Origin: Eledone cirrhosa
Taxonomy: Eukaryota
Direction: 5' to 3'
NCBI GenBank assembly: GCA_964016885.1
Contig: OZ024743.1
Span: forward strand, 146,444,001 to 146,508,000
DNA length: 64,000 nt
Both the position numbers and the translations under genes were made by a program. The first letter of the stretch is position 1, and every line of letters starts with the position of its first letter. Below, piece after piece: positions 53,181 to 64,000 of this stretch. The notes under the pieces are model-generated. The model saw only the letters and a list, made by a program, of their open reading frames with translations, was not told the DNA's origin and made no database searches.

Positions 53181-56100
53181 CACCGGTGGTGATGTAACCA
53201 TAAATTCACTAATCCTCGATATGAGTGTTTAAATGTCGAACCTAAACAGTTCGAATAATGGTGAAAAGGAGACTGGAATGTCATGTGAAAGACTCTCACC
53301 CAGCAAGTGCTCCCTGGCCCAGCAGCAAGGACCTGGCTGTCATCCAAATACTGCTGGTGTTGGAGGAAGAAGAAGGAATGGGACAAGAACCAACCGGACG
53401 AGAGAATTGAATAGAACTGTCATAAAATATTACCTGAAGAGTAAACCCATGGAAAAAGGCTATAGGAAACGGATGCATAACATCTGGAACGAGATTGGTC
53501 TATTTAAATTAGATGGCTGGTCAGGCTCGTGTTATAAGAACTAATGGATGGATAAGCGAGTTGGAACTGGAGGAACTGAGCAGAGAGATTAAGTTGGAAA
53601 TGGAGAGTGGAGTATGTCAGGAAAATGAGCCAGTAGGAAATGAAGGTGAAGATGTTGAGAGACCTGAGGATGCATCCGGAGCAGACAATGATCTGAATGC
53701 TGAAATAAATAACATCTGGAACAAAGATACGGCCATTGAGGAAATGAATGCTGACGAGCTAGGGCAAGATTTGGTTGATATTCTGACCTTAGTGGTACTG
53801 AAATGAACAATGATAGTGGAAAGCCTATGAACCTAAGATTTGTAGACAGGAAAAAGTTAAAAGAAACAACAGCTAAGGTAAACAAGGTCTTCCCATACCT
53901 TGAGGCGAGGAGCCTTCACCAATGCAACAATATCCTCAAAGCAACTTGCAAATGTGATGAAAAAATTATTTGGTATAAAAAAGAGAGGAAACAACAAACA
54001 AGAAAAATCAGAACCCTGGTGGATGAAATGACTGAATGGTCAAATCAAGGAAATGAGAAAAGACATTGAAAAGCTTGAGTCTTTAGTGAATGGGACATTA
54101 CAAAACATAGACACTAAAGATAGATTGAAAATAAAATATAAAACTAGGGGAAAAGAGCTAAATGTTATCATAGAGGAACTGAGGCAACACATTGTAGCAA
54201 AAAGTGCAAAGATTAGACGGTACAAAAACAGAGTTAGTCAGTATAGACAGAACCGCATGTTTGACAACAATCAGATGTTGTTGTTTGAACAGCTTGAAGG
54301 GAAAGAAAGAGGCAACGACGTGATCCCTGAGGCTGAACAGACTAAGACATTCTGGAGAGGAATATGGGAGCAGGATGTTGAACATAATAGTCAGGCAGTG
54401 TGGATTAAGACAGTTCAAAAGGAGATTAGTAAACAGGCACACCAACAACCTGATTTGAGTATCACAGTTGAAACTCTTAAAGGGCAGGCCAAGAAACTAA
54501 CCAACTGGAAATCACCAGGCCCAGATGGTGTGCAAGGGTATTGGATTAAAAATATAACATCCCTCCACCCTAAACTGACAACTATGTTCAATGACTGCTT
54601 GATGTCGGGTGAAGTACCAGACTGGTTGACAAAAGGTACCACAGTTCTGGTAATGAAAGACCGAATCAAGGGTAATGATGTTATCAACTATAGGCCTATC
54701 ACATGTCTGTCTGTAAAGTGGAAACTGTTAACAAGCATTGTGTCTGAGGAAATCTACCATCACCTCCACATAAACAACTTGTTACTGGACGAACAGAAAG
54801 GATGCCGAAAGAAGCCCCGTAGTACAAAAGACCAGTTACTTATTGATAAGATGGTAATGAGGAATTGCAAGAGGAGGCATACTGGTCTTGCCATGGGATG
54901 GATAGATTACAAAAAGGCATTCGACATGGTACCTCATTCTTGGATAACCAAAAGCCTAGAGATCTTCAAGGTGGCAGATAATATCAGACAGTTGTTGAGC
55001 AAAAGTATGAAGTCCTGGGAAACAGAGTTAACATCAGGTGGAGATTCCTTGGGAGGTATCTTCCAGGGAGATAGTTTGTCCCCTTTATTGTTTGTGCTTG
55101 CCTTGATACCCCTGTCCATCATATTGCGAAAAGTGAGAGCAGGATACAAGCTGGGAAGAGGAGAGCTTACCATCAACCACCTCCCCTTCATGGATGATCT
55201 TAAACTCTTTGGGAAGAGTGAGAAGGAGTTGGATGTACTTGTTGACACTGACAAATCCCGCCGAGGTTAACTTTGCCTTTCATCCTTACAGGGTCGATAA
55301 AATAAAGTACCAGTAATATACTGGGTAATTGCTGGCCTTGTGCCTAAAGTAGAAACAATTATTAGGTACAGTGCGGGAATTCTGAAATGGAATGTTGCTG
55401 AATGAAAAGAATTGGATAGGAAGACTAGGAAGCTGTTGACTATCTACAACATGTTCCACAAGAGGAGTGATGTCGATAGACACTACTTAAAGAGATCTGA
55501 AGGTGGAAGAGGTCTTATCAGCATAGAGGACTGTGTTCAGATGGAGAAAAACAACCTGCACAAATATGTGACTGACAGTAGGGAGCCAATGCTCAAAATT
55601 GCACTGAAGGAGAAGACAATAGACCAGGGGATGTCCAAGGAGGAAGAGCAACCTTCATGAAAAATCCCTTCATAGCACCTTCTTTAAGAAAACGGAATTT
55701 AGAGATCCACAGACATGGAACTGGTTAAAAAGAGGAGACCTTAAAAAGGCTACAGAAGGAATGTTAATGGCTGCGCAAGAGCAAGCCCTCAGAACAAAGT
55801 GGGTGAAACACCATATTGACAAGGAGGAGGCTAGCTCACTGTGTAGAATCTGTGGAGAGAGAGGGGAGACTGTGGCTCACATTGTATCCGAGTGTAAACA
55901 CTTAGCCCAGACTCACTATAAAGGCTAGAGACATGATGTGATAGGCAGGGTGATCCACTGGCATCTATGCAAACTAAATAATTTACCACATTCTGAGAAG
56001 TGGTATGAGCATAAGCCAGAGTCGGTGATAGAATACAATAAGGTAAAGGTGCTATGGGATTTTAGGATACAGACAGACAAGAAATTAGAACACAATAGGC

Positions 56101-56714
56101 CAGACCTGGTGGTTTTGGACAAGGAAAAGAGATTGTGCCTCATTGTAGATGTAGCCTGCCCATTTGACACGAGAGTGCAAGAAAAGGAGAGGGAGAAAAT
56201 TAACCGATACCAGGATTTAAAGTGGGAGTTAAAAAGGTCTTTGAACTGCCTTAAGATCAAGGTCGTCCCAATTGCCATAGGTGCACTAGGTACTATCTCA
56301 AAGAGTTTTCAAGGATGGTTAAAGAAGATCAGTCCAGCTCCGCTTTTTGGAACACTTCAAAAGGCATGCTTGCTGGGAACAGCAAGAACCCTCCGATATG
56401 TCCTGAATATCTGAGGTTGCAAGTAACGGCTTGATATTCATTTCAACAAACTTTCCAGTTAAATAACTGTTTCTACTTTAGGCACAAGGCCAGCAACTAC
56501 CCAGTGCACTACTGGTACTTTATTTTATCGACCCCGTAAGGATGAAAGGCAAAGTTAACCTCGGCGGGATTTGAACTCAGATCGTAAAGGGACGTAACTA
56601 TGCTGGAAACCATGGCGTCCGACCCTCTACCGATACTGCCAATCCACCGCCTTAAATCCACTTTCCAGTTAAATAACATCAATGACTGAGACTCAAAGAA
56701 CAGTAATAATAATA
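53181..56714 (+). pseudogene. Second, degenerate copy of the same R4/Dong-like family
   Basis: Colinear with 48634-52200; ATG mutated to AAG at 53266; multiple frameshifts and stops; two SINE insertions. Confidence 0.92.
55252..55363 (+). mobile_element. 5'-truncated SINE B replacing ~300 bp of RT
   Basis: Flanks match copy-1 positions 50736 and 51039; attatt microhomology at the 3' junction. Confidence 0.85.
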
Positions 56715-57098
56715 ATTGTTTCTACTTTTGGCACAAGGCCAGCAATCATCTCAGTGTATTACTGGTACTTTTTTTTGTGGACCCCGTAAGGATGAAAGGC
56801 AACGTTAACCTCGGCGGGATTTGAACTCACACTATAAAGGGCCACAACTCTTTGCTGCAAAGCATGGCGTCAGACCTCTACCGATACTGCTAATACACCA
56901 CCCAATAATAATAATAATAGTTGTTTCTACTTTTGGCACAAGGCCAGCAACTATCCCAGTGTATTACTGGTACTTTTTTTTTGTGGACCCTGTAAGGATG
57001 AAAGGCAAAGTTAACCTCGGCGGGATTTGAACTCAGATCATAAAGGGAGGTAACTCTATGCTTCAAAGCATGGCGCCTGACCCTCTACCGATACTGCT
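56468..57098 (-). mobile_element. Three SINE B copies (56468-56651 with 18-bp TSD, 56715-56903, 56923-57098)
   Basis: TSD actttccagttaaataac at 56450-56467 and 56660-56677; the other two copies lie in AAT repeats. Confidence 0.85.
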
Positions 57099-57119
57099 AA
57101 TAATAATAATAATAATAAT

Positions 57120-57659
57120 GCTTTCTTTATTAACCACAAGGGTTTACACAAAGTAGACATTAAGGACAGTACAGGACAATACAGGACGGTACAAATGGGC
57201 ATTTCTGCGTGTAAAAAAAACAAAAAAACGGAGGATGTAATATTAGAACAATGAAAAAAATTCCCCAATAGGGGCGAGACTTCCGAGGGACATTCGTGGA
57301 GAAAGCCCATTAAAAACCCACAGTGACCCTGACCACCAGGGCAAGTGCCCTCTCCCAGTTTTCCACCTTTAATTTAAAGACACATACTCAGAGTAGGCCC
57401 ATTCACTCGGGCCATACTTGCTTCTCTCACCCATCTTTCAACAAAATGCTGGCAAGAGAGCACTTCCCTCTCTACCCTGATTTTCCTTTTCAAATGAAAT
57501 TTGAAAAAGTTAATCAGGGCATCACCGAAGAGGTAAGTGCTTGTCTTCAGCCCTTTCAAACGTGTCCACCATACTATCTCTTTCGCCATGGCCACCATAC
57601 AGATAAAAACTGCCTGCCCTTCCCGGCTAAAGGAAGAGGACGGGGAAATCCTCACGATT

Positions 57660-57660
<1 letters not shown>
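57120..57660 (-). mobile_element. 5'-truncated L1/Tx1-like LINE (ORF2 C-terminus, 3' UTR, (ATT)n tail)
   Basis: FICMVAMAKEIVWWTR...LINFFKFHLKRKIRVERE.....FVERW; aataaa before the tail; flanked on both sides by (TAA)n. Confidence 0.65.
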
Positions 57661-57716
<56 letters not shown>

Positions 57717-60700
57717 CACTGGGGCGGAATCACTGGGGCGGAATCACTGGCAACAGAACAAATTAAAGAAAGGAGCGAAAAAGTGGAGGGAGTGCATGCT
57801 CAGGATGAAACTCCAAATGAAAATAATGAGATCGTAAATGATAAAGAAATGAATGAGAATGAACTTGCCAACTTGAAGGATGAAATTATGATCGAATGGA
57901 TGAAAATGAAAGAATCTGACATGGGGCAACGAGACACCCTCCCTAAGATCCAGAACTCCAAACAGAACCAAAAGATAATACACAAGACTAACATAATTCT
58001 CAAAAACATTATCATCACAAACAAACTAAACATTACTTAAATCATCTCTATTATGCATCGGCTAAAGTCACCACTCACTTATGTGGAGTGAAGATGAAAA
58101 AACAAAGGAATTCCCACAAGAAATCTACTTGGCAAGATAACATCAATCGCCAAATAAACCTTCTCCGATCTGACATAGAAATTTTAACAAACTATAAAGT
58201 AGGTGAACATGTTAAACAAACTAAACTTAGAAAATTGAAAAAAAAGTACAGTATAAGATCAACATGTAACATAGACATGCTGATAGAAACAATCAAGCAA
58301 AAAGTGTCGGCCAAAGCTGCTCATATAAGGTGCTTTAAAAAACGATCTAGATTCTATAAGGACAATAATATGTTCAAAAACAACCAAAGAAACTTCTACA
58401 GAAAAATTGGTAAGTCAACAATAACTGCTAAATCAATACCACCCAAGGAGGAAGTGCAAGAATTCTGGGAAAAGATCTGGGCCAAAGAAAAAGTTCATAA
58501 CATACATGCCCCATGGATAGACAGACAAATGAAAGAAACAGCTCACCTTGAAGAACAAACATGGGAAAATATAACAGTTGAACAGCTGCGCTTGGCTCTA
58601 AGAAAAACCAGCAAATGGAAATCCCCAGGAAAAGACAAAATACAAAACTTTTGGATAAATGCCTTCACAGAGTCTCATGAGCTGTTAGCCCAACTTTACA
58701 ATGAAATAGTTAAGGAGCCAGAAAAGATACCATCATGGCTAGTTAACGGCATTACATTCCTGCTACCGAAGAATGATGAGACAAACAATCCCAAAAATTA
58801 CAGACCGATAACCTGCTTGACCACAATGTATAAAATTTTAACATCAGTCCTAACTGAATACACATATGACCACCTGATAACAAATGACCTATTTCCCATT
58901 GAGCAGAAAGGGTGTAAACGAGGCTCATATGGCTGTAAGGATCAGCTTCTGGTTAACAAAATGATACTGGAAGATTGTCATAATAGACACAAAAATCTAT
59001 CGATTGCTTGGATAGATTATAAAAAAGCATTCGATAGTTTGCCACACAGTTGGATTGAAAAATGTTTAGAGATTTTCAAAATATCCCCCGTTGTCAGGAG
59101 GTTTTTGTCATTCAGTATGAGGACATGGAGAACGACACTCCTTTTGAATAGTGAAACAAAATCACTGGAAGCTGGAGAAGTTAATATTAATTGTGGAATT
59201 TTTCAGGGTGACTCTTTATCACCGCTTTTATTCTGCATCGCACTTATACCATTAAGTAAAATGCTCAATGAAACAAAACATGGATATAGAGTCTATGACA
59301 AAACCATTAATCACCTGTTCTACATGGATGACCTGAAACTATTTGCAAAAAATGATGAACAATTGCAAGGGCTATTATCCACTGTGAAGCAGTTCAGTGA
59401 TGACATTAAAATGGAGTTTGGACTGGATAAATGCGCCAAAGCAACGTTCACCAGAGGAAAGCTGCTGAAGAGTTCAGACATTAATCTTGATCGGGGGAAC
59501 GTGATAAGAGAGCTTGATCAAGAAAAAACTTACAAATATCTAGGTGTTTGTGAAGGAGATGGAATCAAGCACTCGACAATGAGGGAAAGGATAAGGAAGG
59601 AATGTTACCGCAGAGTCAGAGCAATCTTAAGAACGGAATTGAATGCAAGGAATAGGATCGATGCCATAAACATGCTTGCCATACCAGTAGTAACCTACAG
59701 TTACAATGTCATCAACTGGTCAAGCACAGAGATCCGTAGGCTCGATACAAAAATCCGAAAATTCTTAACCATGCACAGAATGCATCACCCTAAGGCAGAC
59801 ATAGATAGAATATATCTCCCTAGGAAAGAAGGAGGACGTGGGTTAATCCAGTTAGACATTGCGTTGAAAACTGCAACAATTGGATTATCCACATATCTAA
59901 GGGAATCACATGATTGGATGATCAAACTCGTTTTGAAACACGAAAGCACCAAAAGATCATATTCCATTACAAAAGATGCACAAAGATACAGTAATGGACT
60001 ACAAATTTCAGAAGTCCCATTTACTGCTGAAATGGAAAACACAGAAAAAGCAAAGCAGGTAAAAGTAACTGCAAAGAAAGAACTGCTACAGAAACTGGCT
60101 AAGAAATGGCAAGAAAAGCCTCTGTATGGAAAATACCCAGAGCGAGCTAACAATCCTGGTGTTGACAAAACTTTAACCCATCAGTGGTTGGCATCCTCTG
60201 GACTGAAATCGGAGACTGAAGGACTGATTATATCGGCACAAGATCAGTGTCTGCCAACAAAAAATTACCAAGCCAACATAATAAAAAATGGGTGCAGCCC
60301 ATTATGCCGTGTATGCAAAAAACAACCAGAGACCATTGACCATATAATTTAAATGTGCAGTCCTATAGCTCCAACCGAATACCTAAACAGGCATGACATT
60401 GGATAATGTGTAAGCATTTTGACCTGCCCCATCAAAAGAATTGGTGGGAGCATCAACCACCTCCCATACTTGAAAAAGATCACATCTCAATCTTGTGGAA
60501 CTTTAGCATCCAAACAGACCGAAAAATAGATGCAAATAGACCTGATATAATATTGAAGGACTTTCAAAGGAGGGTATGCCTGCTAATTGATATGTCTGTT
60601 CCAATAGACAAGAATGTATCTATAAAAACATTTGAAAAATTGAGCAAATATAAGGACCTGGAGATAGAAATTGGAAAAATGTGGAAATTGAGAACTAAAA

Positions 60701-61000
60701 CAATACCAGTGGTTGTAGGCGCTCTGGGAATGATATCTAAGGGGTCTAACGACTACTTATCGCAAATCCCAGGAAACCCGCGTATAGGAGAAATACAAAA
60801 GATAGTAGTAATGGGAACTGCCCATATACTAAGGAAGATTCTGTCAATATAAGTACATCACAAGTCTAAACACTAAGGATGCATGTGTGTGTATGTATGT
60901 TCTTTCTTGAACATGGTGGACCTTGTTGTCTCTTGAGGTCACTGGTTGTGACTTGGTGATAACTCGTATGAACATAAAGCAAGATAAATGCAAATAATAA
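57717..61000 (+). pseudogene. 5'-truncated R4/Dong-like element of a different family
   Basis: ORFs 58088-60352 and 60406-60852: SPGKD, YRPITCL, GIFQGDSLSPLLF, YMDD, CRVCKKQPETIDH, RPDIILKD..LIDMSVP..EKLSKY; between (TAA)n tracts. Confidence 0.92.
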
Positions 61001-61143
61001 TAATAATAATGATATTGATAATAATAATTATGATAATGACAACAGTAGCAGCAGTGGTAGTAATAGCAGAGCAGAGCAGCAACAACAGCAGCAGCAACAA
61101 CAAAAACAACAACAACAGCAGCAGCAGCAGCAACAACAACAAC

Positions 61144-61190
<47 letters not shown>

Positions 61191-61991
61191 TAGTAGTATT
61201 AGTAGTAGCAGCAGCAGTAATTTCTTTTACTGGTCACAAAGGTCCGATACATTGGGGACAGTACAAGGGAGAAATACATTGTAAAATAGTAAGTAAGAAG
61301 CATTAGACTCACATTGAGTAAAAATTAAGATCAACAATGGTAATAATATGTAGTCTTTCAATGTTTTATTCTGTTACTGGTTTGAGTCATTGGATTACAG
61401 TCATGTTGAGGTACTAACTACAATAGCTTTTAGTTGATTATATTGAGTTTAGTACATATCTTAGTCTGTTACTTATTTTATCAATCTCCATTTGCTGAGT
61501 TGCTAGGTTATGTGAGATAAAATAAAACACTGGCTTTTTTTCTTTTGACCCATGTAAATACAGACACACACATGTACATACACACTCACATGTACATACA
61601 CACTCACATGTACATACACACACACATGTACATACACACTCACATGTACATACACACACACATATATATACACACACACTCTGACCTCTGACACATATAT
61701 ATGTAATCTCATTAATCGTCAAAACTGTTGGCAGTTGAGATCTGACGAGCTTATATTAATGTTTGTGGCCTGTTTGCTTTCATCCATTCTTTTTCCTCCT
61801 TCCTATCTTTTCTTCCTTCCTTTGAGTCAACTCACATCTAACCCCTGATCTCTGTCCTTTGAGGCAATATTTTACCCAACACTGCTTCAATGGTATTTTG
61901 CTGTTCTAACAGCTTCCATATGCCGAGTTTTCCCATTTTCCTGAGAATCCTAGTTACTTGCATCTCAAAACTCTATTTTCGAATTAAATTT

Positions 61992-62066
<75 letters not shown>

Positions 62067-62068
<2 letters not shown>

Positions 62069-62347
62069 AAGGCAGGGGGCTTAGTAGTTGGAGTATTTGG
62101 CCTGTTGTGTCCTTGAGTACTTTTGTTCACATTGCTCTTGTACACTCTGCTGGCAAAAATGAGTTGTACCTGTAATTCAAAGGACCAGTCTTGTCACACT
62201 CTGTGTTATGTTGAATCTTCCTAATAACTACATTATGGGCACACATGTCTGTGGAATGCTCAGCCACCTGCATGTTAATTTTACGAGCAAGCTGTTCCAT
62301 TGACTGAATCTTCTGGAACACATATTGTCAGAACTGACAGAATGCCA
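62067..62347 (+). mobile_element. Degenerate tRNA-derived SINE (third family)
   Basis: ggcttagtag head, tgtgtccttgag..ttcacattgctc core, distinct tail. Confidence 0.55.
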
Positions 62348-64000
62348 AAAGAAAATAAATACAAACTTTTGCACAAATTCCACTCACAAGCTATTGGGCA
62401 ACCTGGGGCTCTATATAGTAGAAGACATTTGAGCAAGTTGATGCACATTGGGATTGAACTAGGGTTGCACTAGGCCATACCTAAATATATATGAAACTTT
62501 GAATCCAAAGATTTAAAAAAATAGCAGGAATAATTTAAACAACCATCTTGAACTTAATATTTCTGAATATTAAATATTTCAAAAGCACGCTTCACCAAAT
62601 ATGATTGCACTCTTCTTCAGATCTTTTACATAAGCTCTCATTACACACATATACACACACACACGTCACACACACCCACACATGAACACACACACATGAA
62701 CACACACACGAACACACACAAGCAGATACAACACACATACACACACACCACACACATGTACACATAAACACACATGCAGACACAACACACACACACACGC
62801 AATACATGCACACATACTCTTAATGCATGCACACAAACACACACACATACACACACACAATGCATACACACAACACATGTATGAAACACACACAGCATAC
62901 ACCCTGAACAACACACATACACACCAACACACTCTATCTAATACACATGGTTACAGAGTTATTTATTTATTCATTATTAAATAGTTTTAAACAGACCTCC
63001 ATTCCATATTCTACCGTTGTGCTGGTGTCATTCAAACTACCACATAGAAGACAGGTGGGAGAAAAAATGAAACATTTTTCTGTGATGTAAGATCAATGCA
63101 TTAGTTGTTAGAGGTAGAGTCTCCTCCTCCACCATCACCACCACCACAACTCCCTCTTCTTCTTCTTCTTCTTCTTCTTCTTCTTCTTCTTCTTCTTCTT
63201 CTTCTTCTTCTTGTCTTTTGCTTTTGTCATTCTGATACCTAAATTTCTATTTTTGTCAGTTTTTACTTTTTTCTTTTGTCTATTGTTTCTTTCTTTATGT
63301 TATATCTTTAACCCCCCCCCCCACCCACCACACAAAAAACCCCACCTGAAAACTAAACATAAAAATCTACAAAACAGATGTATCTTTTCCATTTTACAGG
63401 AAATACAAGCCAAAGCTACTTTAAAGTGGTCATACATGATGCATATATGTTGTTCATTTGCTTTTTATTTTGACATGGAAAAAAAAAAACCCAAACCAAA
63501 CAAAACATAAACAAATATACAAAAAAATATCATATCCTCATTATGATCATGAACATCATTTTTGCTGTTGTCATCATCATCTTCATCATCATTAGCATCA
63601 TATTTGTCATCATCATTGTCATGATGATGGTCTTGATTATTTATTTATGTTGTTGTTGTTGTTGTTATAGTTGTAGCCTTTTACTATTAAATACTTGCAT
63701 TTAGCTGATATAAAATTCTTAATCCTGAAACTATTTTGCATTAACCTTTGCAAAGAACAGTGTATACTCGTCAGCATGTCTAGCAAGATATGGAAAACTT
63801 CTCATAAATTCAAATATGTCCTCACTCCTATCACTTCATCCTTAACACTTTGGTTTGCATTCATTCTCTATCCACATATGATACACTAATTTACTTAGTC
63901 ATCCCAACTACCACTACTGCCACCACCACCACCACCACCAGCACCAGCACTACCAGCAGCAGCAGAACCACCACCACCACCACCAGCAGCAGCAGAACAA

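Noticed and set aside
52225-57098. CRISPR-like repeated units
   Set aside because: The units are ~185-bp SINEs with irregular spacing in eukaryotic DNA, and there are no cas genes.

Overview
AT-rich, microsatellite-dense eukaryotic (animal) DNA. The repeat families and simple-repeat density suggest a coleoid cephalopod such as octopus, but this is inference. No host protein-coding gene could be supported, and most ORF-track entries are microsatellite translations. The window is made almost entirely of nested transposable elements. (1) A full-length but defective Ty3/Gypsy LTR element at 29289-33387 has TG..CA LTRs, a 5-bp GTAGC TSD and an in-register G GGA AAC -1 frameshift site. (2) A head-to-tail array of four R4/Dong-like RLE non-LTR retrotransposons at 46.4-61.0 kb sits in (TAA)n repeats, and one copy has an intact 1130-aa ORF. 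The array is interleaved with antisense SINEs and a Tx1-like L1 fragment. (3) Fossil elements include Tc1/mariner (maT-like and rosa-like), hAT, RTE, CRE-like and Penelope, plus MITEs and several SINE families. (4) About ten minimal type-I hammerhead ribozyme motifs (intact, degenerate or half) have palindromic stem III, and many lie in long inverted repeats typical of Penelope-like element termini.
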